The notes beneath the pieces are model-generated. The model saw only the letters and a list, made by a program, of their open reading frames with translations. It was not told the origin of the DNA and searched no databases. A DNA stretch of 64,000 nt from a virus. Taxonomy: Duplodnaviria > Caudoviricetes. This document shows, in pieces, positions 10,028 to 18,959 of this stretch (position 1 is the stretch's first letter; the number at the start of each line of letters is the position of its first letter). The stretch covers positions 26,242 through 90,241 of the IMG/VR virus record IMGVR_UViG_2791355164_000001; one strand, 5' to 3'. Made by a program: the position numbers and the translations under genes.

Positions 10028-10816
10028 TTAAACATTTTGCTTAGTTAGCACACTTTCGATGTAACCATTTGTAAATGAAACATACATCCCTATGTTGTCA
10101 ATGGCTACATTCATTATATGAGGTGTTATTTCATTATCCTCGCCATTAATTTTTTTCCCATTTCGGTGCGCAATATCATGCCTTAATCTCATAAAACGAT
10201 GAACATCTTGCTTTAAACTGCCCGGCATCTCTGGAAATTTTTCACCTAAAATAATTGAGTAAATTAAATTAACTTTAGGCAAGTTGTGGTAAAGGATTTT
10301 TGATAAAAAATCTAAAATTGCAGCATCAATAATAGCTAAAGGGTCGCGATCAAATAAATCGTTAACTTTTATTTTAAGGTCTTTCAATTCATCAATGGAC
10401 TCCATCGCGTTTCTTTTAAAAACATCGTTAGACAATGTAACCGACTTCAACATTTCGCTTAAACACGATTCCATTAGAGTAACAGCATACGAGAATCTCA
10501 TTTTATGATAAAGTATTTCATCTTCAACGTTATGCCTCAGATCGGTAAGTTTAAGCATTTGCACTCTAAACTGCTCATAAGCTTCAGTATGTGGATGACG
10601 CCTAGACCATGTAACTTCACTTTGAAGTTTATCCCAAATAAATTCATCAACCAGCTGATCAAACAGAACACCTCTGTCTTTCATGTCGAAAATAGTTTTA
10701 TCATATTCTTCAGCAAGTAAATTCCATTCAGGTGAGTCTTTTCGGATACCCTTACCGGATTTAGTCTCTATCCAAATTTTTTTAACTTCATCTAGAAATT
10801 CAGCTTTAGCATCCAT
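10028..10816 (-). CDS. HEPN-domain protein (putative RNase/defence effector)
   Basis: C-terminal RHDIAH (Rx4H) motif, upstream VTLMES motif; AT-rich insert between ref and mat. Confidence 0.7.
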   Translation of the reverse strand: MDAKAEFLDEVKKIWIETKSGKGIRKDSPEWNLLAEEYDKTIFDMKDRGVLFDQLVDEFIWDKLQSEVTWSRRHPHTEAYEQFRVQMLKLTDLRHNVEDEILYHKMRFSYAVTLMESCLSEMLKSVTLSNDVFKRNAMESIDELKDLKIKVNDLFDRDPLAIIDAAILDFLSKILYHNLPKVNLIYSIILGEKFPEMPGSLKQDVHRFMRLRHDIAHRNGKKINGEDNEITPHIMNVAIDNIGMYVSFTNGYIESVLTKQNV

Positions 10817-10876
10817 ACTCTACCAACCTCATAATTTTATAATCAATATTGCAATCTTATTTGAATCTAAAAAATT

Positions 10877-11533
10877 TTATAGCGGCATAAGATGAAAAAT
10901 GTCAGCTATTTTATATGCTTTTTCCATGAGTTGTCTTTCACTTCCATTCAAACCAACGAAATTTGTTTTACCGCCTGTTTTCCCATCCGCGTGTACCGGC
11001 ACCAGCCAGGGGAACTCTGCGCGAATGTGTGCCGGCGCGGCAAGCTGGTGATGATAGTCGCAAAGGGGGATCTGCAGCAGGTGTGCGCCAGGTTTGGTGC
11101 GACCGTCAATGTGATGCAGGCTGATTAGCGGTGATTCCTTTCCGTGCTGAAGGCAGGCAATGCAGGGCAGTTTGCCTAACGCATCCATAACCACGCGCTC
11201 TGCTGCCGTGGGCGTGCGCCCTTTAAGTCCTTTTCCTGACGCGCCGGCGCGCGTTTGCCGCTTTGCTGCTATCCGTGCAGGCTTTTTCTCTTTCATGCGC
11301 TCAAAGGCGCTTACAGTGCGTTTTGCTGCTTTGGCTTTTTGCTCTGCTTTCCACTCCGGCGAATTCCGGCGCTCTATCTGCTTGGCGAGCATCCTGTTGG
11401 CGCTGGCCTGCTGTTTATCATACTGCTGCTGGCGGTACTCCGGATCGGCCTGCTTGGCTGCTTGTTTTTCGCGCTGGCGCTGCAACATTCTGGCCTGTTT
11501 TTCCCGTGCTGCCTGATACTGTGACGCTTCCAT
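10877..11533 (-). CDS. ref: Recombination enhancement nuclease Ref (HNH)
   Basis: Basic charged N-terminus, GRTPTAAE, CIAC...LHHIDGR...PLCDYHH. Confidence 0.88.
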   Translation of the reverse strand: MEASQYQAAREKQARMLQRQREKQAAKQADPEYRQQQYDKQQASANRMLAKQIERRNSPEWKAEQKAKAAKRTVSAFERMKEKKPARIAAKRQTRAGASGKGLKGRTPTAAERVVMDALGKLPCIACLQHGKESPLISLHHIDGRTKPGAHLLQIPLCDYHHQLAAPAHIRAEFPWLVPVHADGKTGGKTNFVGLNGSERQLMEKAYKIADIFHLMPL

Positions 11534-11542
11534 GTGTGACCT

Positions 11543-11564
11543 AATCTAAAATTTTCCTTAGATT
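11543..11564. promoter_or_regulatory. Putative bivalent repressor operator upstream of ref
   Basis: AATCTAAAATTTTCCTTAGATT. Confidence 0.65.
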
Positions 11565-11787
11565 TTTGATCACTTAAATGATGTTGTAAAGCGTTATGGA
11601 ATTATCCAGTGGGAGATTTAAGATTTCTGCGGGCAGGCTACCAGAGTGCTTGTACGTCGCTTACAGCTGCGATCTGCGGTTCATGTGTTCCACGGGGAAT
11701 ATGGTAAAGAAAACGCTGCAGAACATCGCTGAGGCGGTGATACACGCGATTGGTAGTGAGATGTGAGAGCGGCATAGGGTGCTGGAG

Positions 11788-12032
11788 TGTGGATAACTGT
11801 TTAGCCTCATGAGTTATCCACTTATCCACTGAATAGATCCTAAAAATAGATCATTAGTAGATCAAAGATAGATCAAAGAAGATCACCGCCGTTATAAGGC
11901 AATGATTTTAAATATAAAAACAGCTTTTTGCGTTAGTCTATTCATGGTAAATGTTAGTCTATTCATGGTAAACGTTAGTCTATTCATGGCAAATGTTAGT
12001 CTATTCATGGTAGGTTGTTAGTCTATTCATGG
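11788..12032 (+). other. Plasmid replication origin (P1 oriR-like)
   Basis: DnaA box TGTGGATAA at 11788 and tandem TTATCCAC at 11814/11822; five AGATC repeats at 11835-11884; five iterons follow. Confidence 0.88.
11932..12032 (+). repeat. Origin iterons (incC-like), 5 x GTTAGTCTATTCATGG
   Basis: Copies start at 11932, 11953, 11974, 11995 and 12017 (21-22 bp period). Confidence 0.92.
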
Positions 12033-12076
12033 TAGCGAACCATATTACTCACATTTCACAGTGGCAGAATGATATC

Positions 12077-12958
12077 ATGCAAAAAGATAATGAAATCATA
12101 ACTATATCTGATGCTCTATGTGTTGAAGGTGGCGATAATGGGGAAAGTTATACTCTTACGCCAACGGATAACAAAACAGTTCAGCCTATTGCTCTCATGC
12201 GCTTAGGGATTTTCGTTCCTGGTTCCAAAAGGTTGCCTTCGCGTGGGTATGTGTCTGTCGATGCTACTCAAGAATTGGGCACTTTAGAGCTTGCCAAATC
12301 AGAGGGTTATACGGATATTTCTATCCGTGGAAGCCGTCTCGATATGAGCACGGATTTTAAAACATGGATCGGCGTTATTCGTGCGTTCTCAAAGCATGGC
12401 AAAAGTAGCAACCGAATTACCCTGCCTTTCACCGAATTTGCCAAGTTAACCGGCATAGCTGTTGACGATATAAATCAGCGTTCGAGAGACAGATTCTTTG
12501 ATTCTCTGGTGCGCCTGTCCTCTTTAGTGGTTTCTTTCAAAAATAAAGACGGAAGTAAGGTTACGATCACACACCTGCTTCAATACGCTACCTATGACAT
12601 AAAGAGTGACACCATTAGTTTGGAAGGTGACTCGCGCCTATGGGAGCTTTATAGCTATGATCACAAGGTTTTGTTGCAGCTTAAAGCTATTCAGGCATTA
12701 CCTCGAAAAGAGTCAGCACAAGCGTTATATGTCTACATCGAAAGCATGCCAAACAGTGCATTACAGCTGTCGTTACCGAGGCTACGTGAACGTCTCAATC
12801 TAAGATCCAGCCTTAGTGCGCAGAACCTTGCAGTACGAAATGCTATGAAAGAGCTGGAGAAGATTGGGTATTTGACATACAGCGAAGTGAAAAAAAACGG
12901 GACGGTATTTTTCCTGATTCACTCACGCAAACCAGGCTTAAGACCTCAATTGAATTGA
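12077..12958 (+). CDS. repA: Plasmid replication initiator RepA (P1/RepFIB-like)
   Basis: TVQPIALMRLGIFVP, RLDMSTDFKTWIG, LPRKESAQALY motifs; flanked by iterons. Confidence 0.92.
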   Translation: MQKDNEIITISDALCVEGGDNGESYTLTPTDNKTVQPIALMRLGIFVPGSKRLPSRGYVSVDATQELGTLELAKSEGYTDISIRGSRLDMSTDFKTWIGVIRAFSKHGKSSNRITLPFTEFAKLTGIAVDDINQRSRDRFFDSLVRLSSLVVSFKNKDGSKVTITHLLQYATYDIKSDTISLEGDSRLWELYSYDHKVLLQLKAIQALPRKESAQALYVYIESMPNSALQLSLPRLRERLNLRSSLSAQNLAVRNAMKELEKIGYLTYSEVKKNGTVFFLIHSRKPGLRPQLN

Positions 12959-12960
12959 GT

Positions 12961-13843
12961 GTTAGTCTGTTCATGGCAACTGCGGTGTAGCTCACTGCAA
13001 CGTTAGTCTATTCATGGTAATGAGTGTTATTTACTCACAATGTATAAACAACCGGCGGTTTAGACTAACGCCACCATGAATAGACTAATAGCTGGTTCAA
13101 AAATAGCCGCTTTACCATGCACAGACTAACAAATTTACCACTTCTAAGCCCTGAGCCTTCCAGTGGTACCGGTAGTAATCACGAAAACATTAGTCTATTC
13201 ATGGTAAAAGCTGGCTAACACATACATATCGTTAGTCTATTCATGGAGAAATCGGCACTAATTCCTGAAATTGAGTGCTTTGTATACTGATTGTCATGGT
13301 TTGCCATGAACAGACTAACAGTTGCCATGAACAGACTAACGCTGCCATGAATAGACTAACGATGTTTGCAAGCATGGTAGCCACCAGCTATCTGACGGAA
13401 AATGTATATAAACATGCCGAGCGTGTTTGCAAACATGATGGACGCTGATCATGCACGGTACATCGCCCCGGTGTAGGTCGGCTTTCACTCACGCCAGCAT
13501 GTTTATAAACACTTTTCAGCCTGGCACTCGATCCCATCATGTTTATAAACACTGTTAGTCTATTCATGGCAACGGCTGACGCCTGCCATGAAACCAGCAA
13601 CACGGCAGCGATTGGCCGTTTAGGTGTGAGGGCAATTTCTACACTTCCCACAATCGGCCCTGCCGCTGGTGGCTGTCATGTTTGCAAACATCGTTAGTCT
13701 ATTCATGGTGAAGGTTGCTGGTTTCGTGGTAGAGGGGCGCGCAGCCACCAAATATGTTCGCAATATGTACAGGTTGAGCCTGTTTACCATGAATAGACGA
13801 ACATTTGCCTGCTAACTGAGTGGGCTACCATGAATAGACTAAC
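12961..13843. repeat. Copy-control iterons (incA-like), about 13 copies in both orientations
   Basis: GTTAGTCT(A/G)TTCATGG or its reverse complement near 12961, 13002, 13074, 13115, 13190, 13231, 13304, 13325, 13345, 13554, 13693, 13787 and 13827. Confidence 0.88.
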
Positions 13844-13927
13844 GTTTGCCATGAAACCAGCAACATGAGGGCAAATCTTACATTGCTGGCAAAAATGGCA
13901 TCCCACCAGCGCACATAAGCCACAAAC

Positions 13928-13951
13928 AAAAAAGCCGCCCGAAGGCGGCTT
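13928..13951 (-). terminator. Intrinsic terminator of small-peptide gene
   Basis: AAGCCGCC-TTCG-GGCGGC-TTTTTT on minus strand. Confidence 0.8.
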
Positions 13952-13955
13952 ACTA

Positions 13956-14078
13956 TCACTTACTGTGGATCACTGTCACCGGAGCATTGATGGTGGTATT
14001 GATGCTCATACCCTCACCGCCGCTATAGGTGTTCAGTAATGCCATCAGCAGTGACACAACAAGTGCGTTGCGTCCCAT
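13956..14078 (-). CDS. 40-aa hydrophobic peptide, candidate type I toxin
   Basis: MGRNALVVSLLMALLNTYSGGEGMSINTTINAPVTVIHSK, own terminator, leader complementary to divergent sRNA. Confidence 0.45.
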   Translation of the reverse strand: MGRNALVVSLLMALLNTYSGGEGMSINTTINAPVTVIHSK

Positions 14079-14397
14079 GCTTGTAGCCTTACGATTCGAC
14101 CAGTGGCTTTCGGCTCGCCGCGCAAGAGAATTGAATGCTTCTGCTTGTGCTTGGTCTGGTTGATAGGACAGCATGATGCCGAAAAGTCTGAGTAACTATC
14201 CTGCTGTTTATGTTGGTGTTGATATTGCCACACAACGGGGCCAATAGATTGCCTTTTACGAATGCCAGCTAATTTTTTTAAAAAAATCTGATTTTCAAAA
14301 AACAGCAAAACTCCAAAAGTCACTTTTTCGCAAAAGTGCGCGAAAAATTTTCAGCGTTTACACGTTGCAACCATAATACTAAACCGTATACTGGCCA

Positions 14398-14536
14398 TGA
14401 ATGCTTCTGCTTGTGTTTGCTGTTTCAAGCAAATCTGCAGTGGTGAAAATCGCCTGAGAACGGTTTTCGCCTTTCTGGAAAAATGCCTGAGAACAGTTTT
14501 CTGGATTCATCAAAACCGCCTACGGGCGGTTTTTTT
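14398..14536 (+). ncRNA. Candidate antisense sRNA (antitoxin)
   Basis: Promoter TTGCAA-16-TATACT (14365-14392); first 18 nt identical to 14132-14149; terminator at 14512-14536. Confidence 0.55.
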
Positions 14537-14893
14537 GTGGCTATTTATAAGCAAGACGTCACCAGCGAGATAAGCATTACACATACTAAGTATCAAATGA
14601 AAGATCTTGCGCGTCTTATTCGTTTACGCTTTAGCATACTATATTTTTTTATGTATATTAATCATTAACTTAAGTTGCTTTCTTGTAAGTCTTAATTTTG
14701 CAACATTATCCATAGGGCTTGTCTTTGTTCTGGTTCCGTTCCTACTCTTTCCATAACTCCTGTCTATCCCGATGCTCCAGCCCTTAATGCTCACAAGGAT
14801 ACTGAGTATTGCTACACCTTTCATACACTCATTCAGCGCTGCCAGGTTATGCCACCAATAAAAAAGCCGCTATGTGCGGCTTTTTGTATGGGT

Positions 14894-15115
14894 TCAGGAA
14901 ATTGTTTTCAGAAGAGGGTAAAGCATTTCGTTAGATTTTAGTTTGTTCCCTCTGTCGTCATATGACACCCACTGCTTTTTCTCAAATGCGATGTGATAAT
15001 CACCGCGATCTATGCGTAATGGCTGCTCTTTCACGCGTGAATCCCGGAATCCTTTTGCTCTCCAGTACCCGCGCCATTTATCCAGTTCAATCTTCTTTAA
15101 ACCCAAATTAATCAT
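14894..15115 (-). CDS. Hypothetical protein
   Basis: 73 aa ORF followed by terminator-like hairpin at 14859-14885. Confidence 0.5.
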   Translation of the reverse strand: MINLGLKKIELDKWRGYWRAKGFRDSRVKEQPLRIDRGDYHIAFEKKQWVSYDDRGNKLKSNEMLYPLLKTIS

Positions 15116-15196
15116 AAGGTAATTCTTAATTTTTTAGACTTTGTTTAATTCTACCTGAAATCGCCCACTGGTCAATTCCGTGTGCGTAATCTTATA

Positions 15197-15212
15197 CTGT
15201 ATTTTTATACAG
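15197..15212. promoter_or_regulatory. LexA (SOS) box
   Basis: CTGTATTTTTATACAG (CTGT-N8-ACAG) just upstream of umuD. Confidence 0.9.
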
Positions 15213-15228
15213 GCAAAAGGAGGTGGAT

Positions 15229-15672
15229 ATGATGCGATTAGAACTGATAGCCAAACCGGCACACACCGCGCCACGACAGGCGTATTTACAGTTTCTGGAG
15301 AAGGTGGCAGCAGGTTTTCCGTCGCCGGCAATAGGCTACGAAGATACGCCGCTAGATCTGAATGAGTACTGCGTGCGGGCTAAAACGGCGACCTATTTTG
15401 TCCGCTGCCAGGGTGAGTCGATGATTGATGCCGGTATTTTTGACGGCGATCTGCTGGTGGTGGACAAGTCGCGCACGGCAGCAGACGGACAGATTGTGAT
15501 TGCCTCAGTGGACGGAGAATTTACGGTAAAAAAGCTGCAGCTGAAGCCGGAGCCGATGCTGCTGGCGATGAACCCGCGCTATAAGCCGATCCCGGTTGAG
15601 CCGGAGTCACTGGAAATATGGGGCGTGGTCACTTACGTGATCCACAGTACTGACAATGTTTCTTCACAGTGA
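15229..15672 (+). CDS. umuD: SOS mutagenesis protein UmuD family (S24 peptidase)
   Basis: VAAGFPSPA cleavage site, GESM, GDLLVVD, EFTVKKL. Confidence 0.95.
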   Translation: MMRLELIAKPAHTAPRQAYLQFLEKVAAGFPSPAIGYEDTPLDLNEYCVRAKTATYFVRCQGESMIDAGIFDGDLLVVDKSRTAADGQIVIASVDGEFTVKKLQLKPEPMLLAMNPRYKPIPVEPESLEIWGVVTYVIHSTDNVSSQ

Positions 15673-16921
15673 CGTTAACGCGTTCTACGTGTCCGCCGAG
15701 CTGGCATTCAGACCGGACCTGTACGGGCGCCCGGTGGTTGTGGCGACGAACAATGACGGGTGCATAGCCGCGCTGAACAAAGAGGCAAAAAACGCCGGAC
15801 TGAAGCGGGGTGATCCGCTGTTTAAAATCCGCGACACAATCCGGCGCTATGGCGTGGTGGTATTCAGTAGCAACTACACGCTGTACGACGCATTCAGTAA
15901 GCGCTTCCATTCCATTGTGGGTGAGCATGTTCCTAACCTGGAAGCATACTCAATCGACGAGGTATTTGGCTCTCTGGATGGCATGTCAAAGCTGGTGGAC
16001 TATCAGGCGTTTGGAGAGGAGATCCGCCGGACCGTCACCCAGCACACCACGATGAAGTGTGGCGTGGGGATAGCGGAAACCAAGACGCTCTGTAAGGTTG
16101 CCACGCACGCAGCAAAGACCTGGCCGAAAACAGGCGGCGTGGTAGTGCTGACCGACCCGGCGCGGCGTGACAAGCTGCTGTCGCTGCTGGACGTGTCCGA
16201 AACGTGGGGAGTAGGGAGCCGGATAGCCGCCAGGCTGCGCATGATGAACATCAAGACGATGCTCGACCTTGCCCGCGCTGACACAACCACGATCCGCAAA
16301 ACGTTTAATGTGATGCTGGAGCGCACGGTAAGAGAGCTGCGCGGCGAACGCTGCTTTGAGCTCGAGGAGAACCCGCCCACGAAACAGCAAATCGTGGTGA
16401 GCCGGTCCTTTGGCAAGCGCCTAACCAGCCTGGACGAAGTGAGCAACGCTGTTTGTTTCTTTGCCACCAGCGCCGGCGAAAAGCTGCGGCGTGAAAAGCA
16501 GTACTGCCGGAATATCACGGTATTCATCCAGACCAGTAAACACGATCCGAACTACCCGTATTACTCGCGCGGCGCCAGCCATTCGTTTACCACGGCCACA
16601 CAGGACACACGCGATCTGATTGATGCCGCCGTTCGCGGCCTGCGGGCTATCTGGCGCGATGGCTACCAGTATGCAAAGGCAGGCGTGATGCTGGGAGAGT
16701 TCTGCGGCTCTGAGCAGCAGCTTAACCTGTTTGATGAAGCGCCGCCGCGCCCTGGCAGCGATAAGCTGATGGCTGTTATGGACAAACTGAACAGCTACCA
16801 GCGTGGCACGCTTTTTCTGGCAGGTCAGGGCGTGAATCCGGCCTACCAGATGAAGCGGGAAATGCTCTCACCGCGCTATCTCACGCGATGGGAAGAGTTA
16901 CCGGTAGTAAAAATAAAATAG
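15656..16921 (+). CDS. umuC: Y-family DNA polymerase V subunit UmuC
   Basis: DVNAFYVS, NNDGC, YSIDE, SRSFG, MKREMLSPRYLTRW. Confidence 0.95.
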   Translation: MFLHSDVNAFYVSAELAFRPDLYGRPVVVATNNDGCIAALNKEAKNAGLKRGDPLFKIRDTIRRYGVVVFSSNYTLYDAFSKRFHSIVGEHVPNLEAYSIDEVFGSLDGMSKLVDYQAFGEEIRRTVTQHTTMKCGVGIAETKTLCKVATHAAKTWPKTGGVVVLTDPARRDKLLSLLDVSETWGVGSRIAARLRMMNIKTMLDLARADTTTIRKTFNVMLERTVRELRGERCFELEENPPTKQQIVVSRSFGKRLTSLDEVSNAVCFFATSAGEKLRREKQYCRNITVFIQTSKHDPNYPYYSRGASHSFTTATQDTRDLIDAAVRGLRAIWRDGYQYAKAGVMLGEFCGSEQQLNLFDEAPPRPGSDKLMAVMDKLNSYQRGTLFLAGQGVNPAYQMKREMLSPRYLTRWEELPVVKIK

Positions 16922-17108
16922 GGTGATTTAAACCCTGGAATTACAATAATTTAGGTTAAAAATAATCAGCCACTATGTTACCCCGTATTTATTCATTGCA
17001 GCAGCCGATCAAATGTTGATCACCCTTTAGGATGTGCATACAATCAGAAAAAACTGAAAGTGCATATTTTATTAGCGCACTCAATTAACAACCGGGATTT
17101 ATAGGGAT

Positions 17109-17246
17109 ATGGCTGATATTTTATACATGGCAATGATGCTTTTCTTCGCTGTTTTTTCGCTTGTCGGTTTGTTTATTTCGCTCCGTTTGCCTGCAATGTT
17201 GCGTGCTTTTGATGCTGAAATGATCAAAAGCAAGCTTTCTCACTGA
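17109..17246 (+). CDS. 45-aa membrane peptide (not in ORF track)
   Basis: MADILYMAMMLFFAVFSLVGLFISLRLPAMLRAFDAEMIKSKLSH with AGGGA RBS. Confidence 0.4.
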   Translation: MADILYMAMMLFFAVFSLVGLFISLRLPAMLRAFDAEMIKSKLSH

Positions 17247-17392
17247 CTCCATCCTGCGAAACTCACCAGCCAGCCGCCATCATGCGGCGCTGGTGGGACT
17301 TGTGCAAAGCACCCCATTGGTTAATGAAAAATTTAAACTTTCCTTAGAATATTATATCATTTAGTCCGAAATTAACCATTGGACTAAATGAT

Positions 17393-17578
17393 ATGACCAG
17401 TGCCACTAAACCCCCTGTTTTGTCACAGCCGGCGCTTATCGGCGCGATCCTGTCCGAAATTGGCAATCAGCAACCGGGTGCCACCATCAGCGCCGCACAG
17501 TTCAAAGCGATCGCTAAAGCCGCTAACAAAGTTATTGACGCTTTCAAACCTCAAGTGAACGAACAGGCTGATGAATAA
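17393..17578 (+). CDS. Hypothetical phage protein
   Basis: First gene after operator-like site at 17338-17350. Confidence 0.5.
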   Translation: MTSATKPPVLSQPALIGAILSEIGNQQPGATISAAQFKAIAKAANKVIDAFKPQVNEQADE

Positions 17579-17624
17579 TGATCATAGCGCTGGTGTCCGA
17601 TTTAAGCGCATGGAGGGTATGTAG

Positions 17625-17891
17625 ATGCCGGTAAGCAGAGCACAGCTATTTACTCTGCGCAGAATGCGCAACGGAACCCGCTACATGATGCGGGGCGACA
17701 AGGGCTATGGCATTGAAGTTCGCTATGACGTTGCGACCGGGAACCGTGATGATGTTAATTGCCGCAGTCTCGCACCGCTGATGCGCAGCGGGCTTATCCG
17801 CTTCAAGACCAAACCCACAGACATGACACGCTACTACGAAGTGGAGCTAACTCCACAGGGTATTACAGCAGCGAAAGGGAATATTCAATGA
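17625..17891 (+). CDS. Hypothetical phage protein
   Basis: GGAGG RBS; coupled to next ORF. Confidence 0.55.
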   Translation: MPVSRAQLFTLRRMRNGTRYMMRGDKGYGIEVRYDVATGNRDDVNCRSLAPLMRSGLIRFKTKPTDMTRYYEVELTPQGITAAKGNIQ

Positions 17892-18214
17892 GCCAGGGAG
17901 TAAAACATTATCCGATGCCGGTTGTGCCGGCTGAGCTGGTGGAGCCGCTGATCCGCTTTCTGTCCGACCGTGAGGAGCGTATTGAGTTTCCACCTCATAT
18001 GTTTTCAATGCTTAAAACTCTGGGGGAGGAGATCGCGCTGGCCGCACTGACTGCAAAGCCACTGGCAGCTACTGAAAAACATGAAATAAGCAACATGCAT
18101 GCGACAGGGCTTTACCTTAGAGCATGGCCTCTATGCAGACGCCTCAACCAGCAGGAGGGCTATAACGTAAACCTGTATACCGCTCCACCAGCGCTAGTGA
18201 GTAACGGGCAATGA
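17888..18214 (+). CDS. Hypothetical phage protein
   Basis: ATGA overlap with upstream gene; LYTAPP C-terminal motif common in phage proteins. Confidence 0.55.
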   Translation: MSQGVKHYPMPVVPAELVEPLIRFLSDREERIEFPPHMFSMLKTLGEEIALAALTAKPLAATEKHEISNMHATGLYLRAWPLCRRLNQQEGYNVNLYTAPPALVSNGQ

Positions 18215-18340
18215 ACCTGCGTAAATTCTTCCGCCTGAAAGCGCCCTGCGCGAATTGCCCGTTTTAAAAAGCCGGTGGTATAGAGCTGAATCATGGGCGT
18301 AAAATGAAGATGAACCATTTACACGCATGTGCTACATAGT
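18211..18340 (+). pseudogene. Truncated Cys-containing phage gene at the colicin cassette junction
   Basis: MNLRKFFRLKAPCANCPF*KAGGIEL...; in-frame stop at 18265, then AT-rich insert. Confidence 0.35.
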
Positions 18341-18403
18341 CTGCAGGTGTTTGTTGTAAATGGTATTTAATGGAAAAAATAAAGCTGAGAAAAAGGAGTG
18401 TTG

Positions 18404-18934
18404 ATGGAAAGTTTTAAAGACATGCATTCTTCTAAAGGTGAAGAGAAAAAGATTATCCTTTCTTTGATTCTGGCACTGATGCCGCTCATGGTTTTTTTAC
18501 TGTGCCAGCTGCTTAATAATGACTCACTATTATTGCATTTTATCTATGACAAAACAGCAAACTTACCGGCTGTCATTTCTTCAAAAAGCATCCTGCTAAG
18601 TAAGTCGATGGATGTTTATTGTAAAACTGCGCCATTTTTGGCGGTGATTGTATTTGTTTTATTTTTAAATCCAAGAAGTTTGATTCGCAAGGTAGATCCA
18701 AAGCAACTGGTGAAAGGATTTATTTCCTGCTGTATTCTCCTGTCTTGTGCATTTTACTTTTTTATGTTCTCCAGTTTTGATTTGTATCAGTCAAAAAGGT
18801 TTTTAAGGCTTTTTTCTTACAATGATTATTCACTGACCATTTTTTATGTCAGCCTGTATGCGATTTTCTATATGTTTACACTGGCTCTTTTGTTCTTTGT
18901 AGTAAGGATTGCTGAAATGATAAAGGAGAGGTAA
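18404..18934 (+). CDS. Pore-forming colicin immunity protein (colicin A/B/N-type)
   Basis: About 4 TM segments, SKSMDVYCKTAPF motif, convergent with toxin gene. Confidence 0.85.
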   Translation: MESFKDMHSSKGEEKKIILSLILALMPLMVFLLCQLLNNDSLLLHFIYDKTANLPAVISSKSILLSKSMDVYCKTAPFLAVIVFVLFLNPRSLIRKVDPKQLVKGFISCCILLSCAFYFFMFSSFDLYQSKRFLRLFSYNDYSLTIFYVSLYAIFYMFTLALLFFVVRIAEMIKER

Positions 18935-18959
18935 ATATCACCTCTCCTTTTATTTTTAC

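Noticed and set aside
11932-13843. Repeats superficially like a CRISPR array
   Set aside because: Spacing of 21 bp or irregular, both orientations, flanking repA, no cas genes: these are iterons.
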